Source of the DNA: Longimicrobiales bacterium
Lineage (GTDB): Bacteria > Gemmatimonadota > Gemmatimonadetes > Longimicrobiales > Gaopeijiaceae
NCBI GenBank assembly: GCA_965238005.1
Contig: OZ250165.1
Coordinates: 1,600,001 to 1,664,000, forward strand
Length of the DNA: 64,000 nt
Direction: 5' to 3'
This document shows, piece by piece, positions 1-9,742 of this stretch (position 1 is its first letter; every line of letters starts with the position of its first letter). The position numbers and the translations under genes are program-made. The notes beneath the pieces were generated by a model. It saw only the letters and a program-made list of their open reading frames with translations, was not told the DNA's origin and did no database searches.

Positions 1-1
1 C

Positions 2-1645
2 CTGGGGGATTCCCTGATCGTCGATCCGACCACCGGGAAGACCCGAATCCAAGTGACGGTGGAGGAGGGTGTGGAGTACTATCTCGCGGACTTCTCCATC
101 AACGGGAACAGGGAGTTTTCCACCGAGCGGCTGGAACGGTTTTTTCAGCCGGAGGAGGCAGGTCTTTTCACGACCGTTCTCGGCCAGGAGCGGCTCCCGG
201 TCTTCGACTCCGTCGCCTTCCAGGCGGCCACCGAGGAGGTGACGCAGCTTTACCGGAACGAGGGATATCTCTACGCCCAGATCGTTCCGTACGTGAACCG
301 GAATCCGGCGAGCGAGGGGGAGCCCGCTACGGTGAACGTGGGTTGGACGATTCGGGAGGAAGTTCAGGCGTACGTCGCGAGAGTCGATATCGAAGGCAAC
401 GAGTACACGTACGCGCGGGTCATCCGTGACAAGATCTTCATCCTCCCAGGGGACGTGTACTCGCAGGAGCGCATCATGCAGAGCTTCCAGAATATCTCTT
501 CGCTCGGCTACTTCGACGTGCCGATGGAGTTTCCGTCCATCCAGGCCAACGAGGACGGGGACGTGAACGTCACCTTCAAGGTGACCGAGAGGCCGACGGG
601 GGCGATCAACTTCGGTACCTCCGTCGGCGGCTTTTCGGGCCTCGCCGGGTTCGTCGGCTACGACCAACCGAACCTCTTCGGGAAGGGCAAGTCCGGAAGC
701 ATACGATGGGACTTCGGCCGGTTCGCCAACAACCAGACGATGAGCTATACGGACCCCGGAATCTTCGAGTCACTCGTGAGTGGGTCGCTGAGCCTGTTCA
801 ACACCCGTGACCGGTTCATCAGCTTCCAATCCGGACGGCGACGGAGGGTAGGTGCTTTCGCCCGCTTCGGATTCCCGATTGCCGGTGCGCGCTTCACACG
901 GCTCTTTGCCGGTTACGGCCTGTCCCGCACGAAGTTCACGCTGCTGGGCCGCAGCGTCGATCAGTCCCTCTTCGGTCGTCCTCCGGGCACCCAGAGCACA
1001 GTCACGGTGGGCATCGCTCGCTCGACCCTGAACCATCCGGTGTTCCCCACCGTGGGTGGCCGCCAGACGGTGAACGTGGATCTCACCGGCGGGCCCCTCG
1101 GAGGGAACGGCAAGTTCATCAAGACGACGGCCGAGGGTTCGTGGTGGATTCCTGTGGGGGTGGTGGGCGGTGATGTCAATCAACCCGGCTCCGGCCTCTC
1201 GTTCACGTTGGGAATGACCTTCAGGGCCGGCGCCATCCAGGGAGACAGCGAGCGCTTCCCGTTTGAGCGCTTCTGGATGGGTGGTATCCAGTTCGGTGAG
1301 CGGCTCAGGGGGTACGACGAGACCACCGTCACGCCCGAAGGGTTCTTCCCGGAGCGGTCCAGGGAGATTCTCGACATCGACAGGCTGGGGACGGCGTTCT
1401 TCTCCATGACCACAGAGCTGGCATTGCGAATGGGAGCTCAGTTCTCCGTATCTCTCTTCTTCGATGCCGGCGACGTCTGGCGCAGCCCCTGGGAATTCGA
1501 CCCCACGAAGCTGCGGAGGGGCGCGGGCGTCGGCGTTCTGTTGGTAACACCGTTCGGTCCCGTGGGGCTGGACTATGCGTACGGGTTCGACAAGCCTGAG
1601 CCTGGTTGGCAGCTGCACTTCAACCTGGGCGGCGGCGGGTTCTGA
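2..1645 (+). CDS. bamA: Outer membrane protein assembly factor BamA (5'-truncated by window edge)
   Basis: POTRA-like repeats then a beta-barrel with RLRGY and TPFGPVGLDYAYG motifs and C-terminal F; frame open from position 2; upstream of skp-lpxD. Confidence 0.93.
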   Translation: MGDSLIVDPTTGKTRIQVTVEEGVEYYLADFSINGNREFSTERLERFFQPEEAGLFTTVLGQERLPVFDSVAFQAATEEVTQLYRNEGYLYAQIVPYVNRNPASEGEPATVNVGWTIREEVQAYVARVDIEGNEYTYARVIRDKIFILPGDVYSQERIMQSFQNISSLGYFDVPMEFPSIQANEDGDVNVTFKVTERPTGAINFGTSVGGFSGLAGFVGYDQPNLFGKGKSGSIRWDFGRFANNQTMSYTDPGIFESLVSGSLSLFNTRDRFISFQSGRRRRVGAFARFGFPIAGARFTRLFAGYGLSRTKFTLLGRSVDQSLFGRPPGTQSTVTVGIARSTLNHPVFPTVGGRQTVNVDLTGGPLGGNGKFIKTTAEGSWWIPVGVVGGDVNQPGSGLSFTLGMTFRAGAIQGDSERFPFERFWMGGIQFGERLRGYDETTVTPEGFFPERSREILDIDRLGTAFFSMTTELALRMGAQFSVSLFFDAGDVWRSPWEFDPTKLRRGAGVGVLLVTPFGPVGLDYAYGFDKPEPGWQLHFNLGGGGF

Positions 1646-1661
1646 TCAGGGAGCATCTCTT

Positions 1662-2186
1662 ATGCGAAGAGTCGTTTTGTTCACGTGCGCCCTCCTCATG
1701 TTGGGTGGGACCGCAAGGGCGCAGACCGCTGAGAGTGGTCTCAGGATCGGCTACGTCAACTCTTCGGCCATCGTAACCGGGAACGCGGATGCCATGGCAG
1801 CCCAGGAGCAGTTCAAGAGGGAGATGGTACCTTTCGAGAGCGAGCTGAAGGCCCTGGAGACCGAGATCGGTCAGCTGTTAAGCCGCTATCAGGCGCAGCA
1901 GGTCACGTTGAGTCCCGACACCCGCAGAAGCCGCCAGCAGGAGATCCAGCAGAAGCAGCAGGAATACCAGAATCGCATGGGGGAGATCGAGGCTGAGGCC
2001 GCCAGGCGCCAGGAGGAGCTCGTGGGGCCCATCATGGAGCGCATCAACGACATCATCCAGGATATCCGGCGGGAGGGCTCGTACACGTTCATCTTCGACG
2101 TCTCTGCCGGTGGGTTGATCGCAGCCGACGAGGCCTTCGACTTGACGGACGAGGTGATCCAGAGGTTGGCCACCCAAGGAGGCTGA
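1662..2186 (+). CDS. skp: OmpH/Skp periplasmic chaperone
   Basis: Signal peptide, RIGYVNS, coiled coil, DLTDEVI end; ATG at 1662 after GGAG; bamA-skp-lpxD synteny. Confidence 0.9.
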   Translation: MRRVVLFTCALLMLGGTARAQTAESGLRIGYVNSSAIVTGNADAMAAQEQFKREMVPFESELKALETEIGQLLSRYQAQQVTLSPDTRRSRQQEIQQKQQEYQNRMGEIEAEAARRQEELVGPIMERINDIIQDIRREGSYTFIFDVSAGGLIAADEAFDLTDEVIQRLATQGG

Positions 2187-2190
2187 CATA

Positions 2191-3249
2191 GTGAAGGCCA
2201 GCCCCGCGGGCCACACCCTGGCTGATCTGGCGTCCCTGGTGGGGGGACGCGCCGTAGGAGACGTCGAACTCTCCGTCAAAGGGATCGCCACCCTCGCTCA
2301 CGCGGGACCCGACGAGTTGGGGCTGCTGGCCGATCGCACGTACCTCAAAGGAGTACCGGAGAGCAACGCCGGCGCGCTCCTGATCTCCGAAGAGCTTGAC
2401 CCCGAAGTGACCGACGCGCCCAACCGCTTGGTCGTCGAGAATCCTCGCGAGGCCTTGGCCTTCCTTATCGGCCACTTCCATCCGGAGCCGCCGCGCCGCC
2501 CCGGCATCCACCCCACGGCGGTCATCGGCGAGCGGGTCCAACTAGGTCTGGACGTCAGTGTGGGGCCGTACGTGGTGGTGGAGGACGACGTGGTCATCGG
2601 CCACCGAACCACGCTCCACGCCCACGTCGTGGTGCGGCAGGACGCGCGGATAGGCGACGATTCGGTCCTGCATCCTCACGCGGTCCTCTATCCTCAGGCC
2701 CGCGTGGGCAACCGAGTCGTGCTCCACGCGGGTGTGCGCATCGGCGTGGACGGCTTCGGGTACACGCCCAGCGGCGGCGAGCCGAAGAAGATCCCTCATG
2801 TGGGTCTCTGCGTGATCGGAGATGACGTGGAGATCGGCGCGAACAGCTGTGTGGATCGCGGCTCCATCGGTCGTACCGAGCTCGGCAACCAGACCAAGCT
2901 CGACAACCTGGTTCACATCGGGCACAACGTCAGCGTCGGGCCCCACAGCGTGATGTCGGCCATGGTGGGCATCGGGGGGTCGACGAGTATCGGAGCCGGC
3001 ACGATGTGGGGTGGGCAGTCAGGGGCCATGGATCACCTCGAGATCGGGGACGAGACCAGAGTGGCCGCCCAAGCGGGGCTCATCGACAACCTACCCTCGG
3101 GGAGCACGGTGGCCGGCTTCCCGGCCCGGCCGATCAGGGACTTCTTCAGGGCCAACGCGGCCATGTATCGTGTCGCGGACTTGAGGCGGCGCGTACGGAA
3201 CATGGAGAGGGCTCTAGGGCTTGGCCGCAGCCGAGAAGACGCCGAATAG
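2191..3249 (+). CDS. lpxD: UDP-3-O-acylglucosamine N-acyltransferase
   Basis: Hexapeptide repeats, DGFGY, KLDNLVHIGHNV. Confidence 0.95.
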   Translation: MKASPAGHTLADLASLVGGRAVGDVELSVKGIATLAHAGPDELGLLADRTYLKGVPESNAGALLISEELDPEVTDAPNRLVVENPREALAFLIGHFHPEPPRRPGIHPTAVIGERVQLGLDVSVGPYVVVEDDVVIGHRTTLHAHVVVRQDARIGDDSVLHPHAVLYPQARVGNRVVLHAGVRIGVDGFGYTPSGGEPKKIPHVGLCVIGDDVEIGANSCVDRGSIGRTELGNQTKLDNLVHIGHNVSVGPHSVMSAMVGIGGSTSIGAGTMWGGQSGAMDHLEIGDETRVAAQAGLIDNLPSGSTVAGFPARPIRDFFRANAAMYRVADLRRRVRNMERALGLGRSREDAE

Positions 3250-3251
3250 GA

Positions 3252-4535
3252 ATGGTTTACACCAAACAACGCACGTTGGCTGGTGAAAGGGCCCTTGAGG
3301 GCATCGGCGTGCACTCCGGGGAGTCCGCGACACTGACCATGAAGCCGGCCGACGGCGGAGGGATTCGCTTTCGTCGCATCGATGTGGAGGGGCAGCCCGA
3401 GATACCTGCGGATCTGGACCACGTGGTGGGAACGGATCTGGGCACGAGCCTCGGAGCGGGCGACGTCACGGTCTTGACCGTGGAGCACGTCATGGCGGCT
3501 CTGTCGGCCGCAGGGATCGACGATGCCATCCTCGAGCTCACGGGTCCCGAGCCCCCCATCCTGGATGGCAGCTTCCAGCGCTACCTGGATGCCATCTCCG
3601 AGGTAGGTGCGGTAGAACTGGACGAGCCTGCGGAGGTTCTGGCCGTGCGGAAGGCCCTGACGGTGAGTGTCGATACCGGAGCGTTGTACGTGGCGTCGCC
3701 CGCGGAGGACCTGCGCATCTCGGCGACCATCGACTTCGAGCATGCGACCATCGGACGCCAGTTCGGCACGTTCGACGTCACGGAGGAGGCCTTCCGTAGC
3801 GAGATTGCGCCCGCTCGGACGTTCGGGTTCCATCGCGACGCCAAGGAGCTACAGGAACGTGGGCTCGCCCGGGGCGCGTCGCTGGAAAACACGATCGTAC
3901 TGGATGACGACGGTGTCATGAATGACGGTCTTCGATTCGAAGACGAGTTCCTGCGTCACAAGGTGGGCGACCTCATCGGCGACCTAGCGCTCATCGGCGG
4001 ACGGATTCAGGGGCACATCGTGTCCGAGAGGCCCAGCCACAAGGGGAACATAGCTTTGGCCAGGGCGTTGAAGGATCACGCACGGAAGGGAGCGTCTCAA
4101 TTCCCAGTGGAAGTTCAACGTATCATGGAGTACCTGCCCCACCGGTATCCCTTCCTCCTCGTGGATCGGGTCCTGGAGTTCGAGTCGGGCAAGAGGATCG
4201 TCGGCATCAAGAACGTGACGATCAACGAGCCCTTCTTCCAAGGACACTTTCCCGGACACCCCATCATGCCCGGGGTCCTGATCATCGAGGCCATGGCGCA
4301 GGTGGGCGGGCTTCTGCTGATGGACACGGTGGCCGACCCGGAGGACAAAATCGTCTACTTCATGTCGCTCGATAACGTGAAGTGGCGGAAGCCGGTGATC
4401 CCTGGGGATCAGCTGGTCTTCGATATCAAGATGGTCCAGTTCCGCAGGAACGTGTGCAAGATCAGGGGCGTGGCACGAGTGGACGACAATGTGGTGGCGG
4501 AGGCGGATCTGATGGCAAGGATCATCGATAGATGA
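3252..4535 (+). CDS. lpxC/fabZ: Bifunctional LpxC deacetylase / FabZ dehydratase
   Basis: [29 protein letters not shown], then [11 protein letters not shown] and FFQGHFP; ATG at 3252. Confidence 0.95.
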   Translation: MVYTKQRTLAGERALEGIGVHSGESATLTMKPADGGGIRFRRIDVEGQPEIPADLDHVVGTDLGTSLGAGDVTVLTVEHVMAALSAAGIDDAILELTGPEPPILDGSFQRYLDAISEVGAVELDEPAEVLAVRKALTVSVDTGALYVASPAEDLRISATIDFEHATIGRQFGTFDVTEEAFRSEIAPARTFGFHRDAKELQERGLARGASLENTIVLDDDGVMNDGLRFEDEFLRHKVGDLIGDLALIGGRIQGHIVSERPSHKGNIALARALKDHARKGASQFPVEVQRIMEYLPHRYPFLLVDRVLEFESGKRIVGIKNVTINEPFFQGHFPGHPIMPGVLIIEAMAQVGGLLLMDTVADPEDKIVYFMSLDNVKWRKPVIPGDQLVFDIKMVQFRRNVCKIRGVARVDDNVVAEADLMARIIDR

Positions 4536-5347
4536 GCGATACATACTGGAGTGAGCGGGCCGACGAGCGGACCGATGTCCAGGTCCACCCGACGGCCATC
4601 GTCGACGCCGGCGCGCGCTTGGGGGGGGACGTGGTCGTGGGCCCGTTCTCCATCATCGGCCCCGGGGTCGCCGTGGGGAACGGGACGATCATCGGCCCCC
4701 ACGTGTTGATGGAGCGCGATACGACCATCGGGGAGCAGTGCCAGATCGCTCAAGGAGCCGTGCTGGGGACGGACCCTCAGGACCTCAAGTACGAGGGCGA
4801 GGCGTCACACCTCTACGTGGGCGACCGCACGGTGATCCGCGAGTACGCCACGCTCAATCGCGGAACCCGGGCATCCCGCAAGACGGTGGTAGGAAGTGAC
4901 TGCCTGATCATGGCGTACGCCCACATCGCCCACGACTGCGAGATCGGGAACCACGTCATTCTGTCGAACGCCGTGAACATGGCGGGCCATGTCGTCATCG
5001 AAGACTGGGTCATCATCGGTGGGATCACCGCCATCCATCAGTTCGTGCGCATCGGCGCGCACTCGTTCTGCGGCGGCGGATCCCGCATACCGCAGGACAT
5101 ACCGCCGTACATCAGGGTGGCGGGCAACCCGGCCAAGCTCTATGGCCTGAATACGGTCGGTCTGGAGCGTCGCGGCGTGTCCGAGGATGTGAAGCGGGCT
5201 CTCAAGCAGGCGTATCGGACCCTCTTCCAGTCAAAGCTCAACCTCTCCCAGGCTCTGGACCAGGCGGAGGAAGAGGTGGCACAGATCCCCGAGGTAAGGC
5301 ACCTCCTGACCTTCATCCGGGATAGCGAGCGTGGCATCACGACCTAG
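4532..5347 (+). CDS. lpxA: Acyl-ACP--UDP-GlcNAc O-acyltransferase
   Basis: VHPTAIV, PQDLKY, HIAHDC, HQFVRIG. Confidence 0.95.
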   Translation: MSDTYWSERADERTDVQVHPTAIVDAGARLGGDVVVGPFSIIGPGVAVGNGTIIGPHVLMERDTTIGEQCQIAQGAVLGTDPQDLKYEGEASHLYVGDRTVIREYATLNRGTRASRKTVVGSDCLIMAYAHIAHDCEIGNHVILSNAVNMAGHVVIEDWVIIGGITAIHQFVRIGAHSFCGGGSRIPQDIPPYIRVAGNPAKLYGLNTVGLERRGVSEDVKRALKQAYRTLFQSKLNLSQALDQAEEEVAQIPEVRHLLTFIRDSERGITT

Positions 5348-6356
5348 CAGGTCGTCGTCCGGTTCACCCGCTATCGGCGTCGTAGGCGTCGGGAGCCTCG
5401 GCTATCACCACGCTCGAATCCTCGCTTCCCTCGACGGAGTCCACATGGCGGGCATCTACGACGTCGACGCGGACCGGGCCCATGAGGTAGGTCATACGCT
5501 GGAGCTGGAGGTCCACTCCGGCCTGGACTCGCTCCTCGATGCGGCGAACGGGCTCGTGGTGGCGGTCCCCACCGTCGAGCACGAGGCTGTGGCCGTGGCG
5601 GCGCTGGGGCGGGGCGTGGACGTACTGGTGGAGAAGCCTCTGGCGCCGTCCCTCGAGGCTGCGGACCGCATCCTGGAGGCTGCCGAGTCAAGCGGTGCGA
5701 TGATCCAGGTCGGGCACATAGAGCGGTTCAATGCCGCCATCCGAGCCGCAGAGCCTTTCCTCCAGGCCCCTCTCTTCATCGAGTCGCACAGGCTCGCTCC
5801 CTTCGTTCAGAGAAGTACCGACGTAGCGGTCGTTCTGGACCTGATGATCCACGACGTCGACCTGGTGCAAAGCCTCGTAGGGAGGCCCATCAAGGATGTC
5901 GCCGCTACGGGGATGCCGGTTCTGACGCCCAGCATCGACATCGCCAACGCGCGGCTCGGGTTCGAGGGAGGGGCGGTGGCGAACCTCACCGCGAGCCGGG
6001 TATCGATGGAGCGGATGCGAAAGCTCCGCATCTTCCAGGAGTCCGGATATATCAGCCTTAACCTCGCCGACGGAACGGGCGAGTTCCTCAAGCTGAAGCA
6101 GGATCTGCCGTTGTTCTCGGGCGGCGGACACATCGAGATGCCGAGGGAGGGTGGGCTCGCCGATATCGTGGAGCGAGTTCCTCTGCAAGGTGACGGTGCA
6201 GAGCCTCTGGCCAAGGAGCTGGAGAACTTCCGTGACGCGGTGGCGGGGCGGGGGGCACCGGCCGCGGACGGTGAGGACGGACGCTCTGCCCTGGCGGTAT
6301 CCCTATTGATCGAAGAGCGCATCGAGACCTATGTCGCTGATACGAGTCCGGCGTGA
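5331..6356 (+). CDS. Gfo/Idh/MocA oxidoreductase, GnnA-like
   Basis: GVGSLG NAD fold, EKP, GHIERFN, DLMIHDVD; lies between lpxA and lpxB. Confidence 0.8.
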   Translation: MASRPSRSSSGSPAIGVVGVGSLGYHHARILASLDGVHMAGIYDVDADRAHEVGHTLELEVHSGLDSLLDAANGLVVAVPTVEHEAVAVAALGRGVDVLVEKPLAPSLEAADRILEAAESSGAMIQVGHIERFNAAIRAAEPFLQAPLFIESHRLAPFVQRSTDVAVVLDLMIHDVDLVQSLVGRPIKDVAATGMPVLTPSIDIANARLGFEGGAVANLTASRVSMERMRKLRIFQESGYISLNLADGTGEFLKLKQDLPLFSGGGHIEMPREGGLADIVERVPLQGDGAEPLAKELENFRDAVAGRGAPAADGEDGRSALAVSLLIEERIETYVADTSPA

Positions 6357-6465
6357 CCGGAAGAAGAACTGGATCGACAACAAGAAAGGGCTGCCGCCGC
6401 GGCAGCTCATCTTCCTCCTGGTCCTCCTCCTCATCGTGATCTGGTACCTGGGTGTCCGATTCTGA
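6331..6465 (+). CDS. 44-aa small membrane protein (below ORF-track cutoff)
   Basis: MSLIRVRRDRKKNWIDNKKGLPPRQLIFLLVLLLIVIWYLGVRF; basic N-terminus plus one TM helix; overlaps both neighbours. Confidence 0.6.
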   Translation: MSLIRVRRDRKKNWIDNKKGLPPRQLIFLLVLLLIVIWYLGVRF

Positions 6466-7603
6466 GGGCTCTGTGGGCAAAGGAACGCCCACGATCCTCA
6501 TGCTTGCCGGGGAGGCCTCGGGTGACCAGCACGGGGCGCGTGTCGCCCGGGCCCTGAAGGCACGATGGCCCGGGTGTCGTCTGCTGGGCCTGGGTGGCGA
6601 GGGCATGAGGGCCGAGGGCGTGGATCTGTTGGCGGATCTCGATCGGCTCGCCGTCATGGGCTTCGCCGAGGTTCTCGCGCATCTGCCTTTCTTCTACCGC
6701 CTGGAACGCCGCATCCTGGCTCTCCTCGACGGTGGCTCCATCGACCTCGTTCTCCCCATCGACTATCCCGGCTTCAACCTCAGGATCGCGAGGGCGGCGC
6801 GGCGGCGTGGCATCCGGGTCCTCTACTACATCGCTCCTCAGGTGTGGGCCTGGAAGCCCGGTCGGGCCCGGCGGCTCGCCGAGGATTGCGATCACCTGGC
6901 CGTGATACTCCCGTTCGAGATGGACGTCTTCCAGGAGGCGGGAGCTCGAGTGACCTTCGTCGGCCACCCGCTGCTCGACGAGGACGTGCCGGAGCCCGAT
7001 CCGGTCGGGTTTTGCAAGCGCTGGGCTCTCGATCCGGACAAGCCGATCCTGGCGCTCTTTCCGGGGTCCCGGTCACAGGAGCTGTCTCGACACCAGGAGC
7101 TGTTCCTCGCCACCGGCAGACGACTGAAGAGCGAGAGACCCGATCTCCAGATGGCGTGGGCCAAGGCCTCGTCGGCTCACGCCTCGGCGTTTGCGGGTTC
7201 GGACCTGCCGGTGGTGGACGACGCTCGGAGCCTGCTGGCGCATGCGAGGGCGGCCCTGGTGAAGTCTGGCACGACCACCCTGGAAGCGGCGCTCCGAGCC
7301 ACGCCGTTCGTGACGGTATATCGGACTCATCCCGTTACGTACCTTCTCGCCCGTCTGCTGATCAGGGTCGACCGAGTGGCGTTGGCGAACCTCGTGGCGG
7401 GGGAGGACGTCGTACCGGAAGTGCTTCAGGGGTCGGCAACACCGGAGTACCTGGCCTCCCTTCTCGAGCCTCTTCTCGATCCGGAGTCCACTGAGCGGGG
7501 CCGCATGATCGAGGGACTGGGGCGTGTGCGCGGTGCCCTGGGTGAGCCGGGGGCTTCGGAGCGGGTGGCGGACCTGGTGGCGCGGGTCTTGGAGAGGGCA
7601 TGA
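6452..7603 (+). CDS. lpxB: Lipid-A-disaccharide synthase
   Basis: AGEASGD, IDYPGFN, YIAPQVWAWK, PGSR, SGTTTLE. Confidence 0.95.
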   Translation: MSDSEGSVGKGTPTILMLAGEASGDQHGARVARALKARWPGCRLLGLGGEGMRAEGVDLLADLDRLAVMGFAEVLAHLPFFYRLERRILALLDGGSIDLVLPIDYPGFNLRIARAARRRGIRVLYYIAPQVWAWKPGRARRLAEDCDHLAVILPFEMDVFQEAGARVTFVGHPLLDEDVPEPDPVGFCKRWALDPDKPILALFPGSRSQELSRHQELFLATGRRLKSERPDLQMAWAKASSAHASAFAGSDLPVVDDARSLLAHARAALVKSGTTTLEAALRATPFVTVYRTHPVTYLLARLLIRVDRVALANLVAGEDVVPEVLQGSATPEYLASLLEPLLDPESTERGRMIEGLGRVRGALGEPGASERVADLVARVLERA

Positions 7604-8259
7604 AAAGGCGCACCTCGGGGCTGCAGTATTCCGCGGCGGGGATCCTGGGCCAGGGCCTGATCGGAACACTCTTCCTGACCGTTCGCTTCCAGACGATGGG
7701 AGAGGACCGTCTCCGCCCGTTCCGGGACGCCGGAACGCCGGTCATCTTCGTCTTCTGGCACGGGCGCCTCCTTCCGCTGATCCACGGCCACCGCCACCGG
7801 GGGGCCGTGGTGCTCGTGAGCGAGCACGGCGACGGCGAGTACATCACGCGGATTCTCGAGCGGTTCGGCTTCGGCACCGTTCGAGGCTCGAGTACCCATG
7901 GAGGTGTGCGCGGCCTCAAGGGACTCATCCGCGCGGCCCGGCAAGGCTACGATCTGGCCGTAACGCCCGACGGCCCACGCGGCCCGAACCGCGAGCTCAA
8001 GCCCGGGGCCCTTACGGTTGCACGCATGACGGGGCTGCCGCTCATTCCCGTCGGTGTGGGAGCGAGCTCAAGTTGGCGCGCCGACAGCTGGGATCGTTTC
8101 CTGGTGCCCAGACCCTTCTCGACGGTTCAGATCGCCTATGGAGAGCCGTGCTTCATCGCCAGGGATGCCGTCGAGGCGGAGATCGAAGATACGGTACGGA
8201 CCGTGACACAGGCCCTCGCCGACTTGTCGGTGCGGGTTGGGGACACAGTGGACTGGTGA
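7600..8259 (+). CDS. DUF374 lysophospholipid acyltransferase family protein (LpxJ-like)
   Basis: FWHGRL, SEHGDGE, RGSS, TPDGPRGP, SWDRFLVPRPF. Confidence 0.8.
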   Translation: MKRRTSGLQYSAAGILGQGLIGTLFLTVRFQTMGEDRLRPFRDAGTPVIFVFWHGRLLPLIHGHRHRGAVVLVSEHGDGEYITRILERFGFGTVRGSSTHGGVRGLKGLIRAARQGYDLAVTPDGPRGPNRELKPGALTVARMTGLPLIPVGVGASSSWRADSWDRFLVPRPFSTVQIAYGEPCFIARDAVEAEIEDTVRTVTQALADLSVRVGDTVDW

Positions 8260-9266
8260 GGAATCTCCAGGCGTGGCTGCGGCGGGTTTGGAGTGGAGAA
8301 GCAGGGTTCTTGGGTGGGATCGTGAGTGCCGTGCTCTGCCCCGTGGAGTTGTTCTATCGGGGAGTGATCGGCCTCAGAAACCGGGGATACGATTTGGGAG
8401 TTCTTCCCACCACCGAGCCGCCCATCCCGGTGATCTCGGTAGGTAATCTGGCCGTGGGAGGGACGGGAAAGACACCCTTCTCGGGCTGGCTCGTTTCGCG
8501 TCTCGAGGAGATGGGTCGTCGTCCGGCTCTCGTCATCCGGGGTTACGGGTCGGACGAGGTACGGCTGCACCGCGCCTGGAATCCGAGTGCCGTGGTGGTT
8601 GTGGACCCCCAGCGACTCAGGGGCGTTGCGCTGGCGGCGGAGCGAGGAGCCGACGTGGCCGTCTTGGACGATGCCTTCCAGCATCGTGCCATCGGAAGGC
8701 AGGTGGACATCGTGCTGGTCGCGGCGGAGCACGGGGCCCGGCGTGCGCTTCTGCCGAGGGGGCGCCTCCGGGAGACGCTCCGATCACTCGCCCGGGCCGA
8801 TGCGGTTGTGGTCACCCGCAAGACGGCGAGCCGCGCGGAGGCCGACCGGATCGGCGGGCATATTGAAGCTGCCGTCCCAGGCATTTTGGCACAGATCAGC
8901 TTCGAGGCCGCGGCGTGGACCGATCTCGACGGGTCGGTCGTTTCACCTCCACTCGGTGAGGATCTCGTGGCGGTGACCAGTGTGGCCGAGCCCCAGCCGT
9001 TCCAGGAGATGGTGCGGGACCAGACGTCGAGTGCAGTCGAGAGCTTCGCGTTTCGCGATCACTTTGTGTTTCAACAAGCCGACGTTCGGCGAATGGTGAA
9101 GGAGGCGGGTGGACGCTCCATCGTCACCACGGAGAAGGATGCGGTGAAGCTGAAGGACTTCTCGGAGATGCTGCCGTCGACGTACGTGTTACGCTTGCGG
9201 GTGGCCTGGGAGTCCGGCCACGACGATCTGATGGCCCTCATTGAAGATGCGCTGGAGGGCGGATGA
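8256..9266 (+). CDS. lpxK: Tetraacyldisaccharide 4'-kinase
   Basis: SVGNLAVGGTGKTP, RGYG, DDAFQH, TTEKDAVK; GTG at 8256 overlaps the upstream stop. Confidence 0.93.
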   Translation: MRNLQAWLRRVWSGEAGFLGGIVSAVLCPVELFYRGVIGLRNRGYDLGVLPTTEPPIPVISVGNLAVGGTGKTPFSGWLVSRLEEMGRRPALVIRGYGSDEVRLHRAWNPSAVVVVDPQRLRGVALAAERGADVAVLDDAFQHRAIGRQVDIVLVAAEHGARRALLPRGRLRETLRSLARADAVVVTRKTASRAEADRIGGHIEAAVPGILAQISFEAAAWTDLDGSVVSPPLGEDLVAVTSVAEPQPFQEMVRDQTSSAVESFAFRDHFVFQQADVRRMVKEAGGRSIVTTEKDAVKLKDFSEMLPSTYVLRLRVAWESGHDDLMALIEDALEGG

Positions 9267-9742
9267 CCATCACCGTCGTCGCCGTCGGGCGTGCCGGATC
9301 ACCCTTGAAAGCCGCGGTGGAGGAATACGAGGCTCGGGCCAAGCGGTACTGGAAGCTGAGCGTGGTCGAGCTCCCCTCCGGCACGGCAGGCAATAGGAGG
9401 GGTGACGCGGGGCGGGCCGTCAGGACGGAAGAGAAGCTCATCCTGAAGAAGCTATCGGACCGTGCCGAGGTCGTCGCCCTCACGCGGGCCGGTACGCATA
9501 TGAGCTCTCCGGAGCTGGCAAGGTATCTCGAGGACCGTGCTCTCCGTTCGATCCCCGAGGTAACCTTCGTCATCGGCGGGGCTTTCGGGCTCGGAGCCGG
9601 CGTATTGGAGCGCGCAGATCGCACCTTGGCCCTTTCGGCGGGCACGCTTCCGCATGAGCTTGCACGGCTGGTGTTGGCCGAGCAGCTCTACCGCGCCGGG
9701 ACGATCGTGAGAAACGAGCCGTATCACAAAGGGGGGAAGTGA
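9263..9742 (+). CDS. rlmH: 23S rRNA pseudouridine-1915 N3-methyltransferase
   Basis: FVIGGAFG, LPHELARLVLAEQLYRA, PYHK. Confidence 0.95.
   Translation: MTITVVAVGRAGSPLKAAVEEYEARAKRYWKLSVVELPSGTAGNRRGDAGRAVRTEEKLILKKLSDRAEVVALTRAGTHMSSPELARYLEDRALRSIPEVTFVIGGAFGLGAGVLERADRTLALSAGTLPHELARLVLAEQLYRAGTIVRNEPYHKGGK

Noticed and set aside
3252..4535. LpxC-FabZ fusion as a novelty
   Set aside because: Well-known fusion in several diderm phyla
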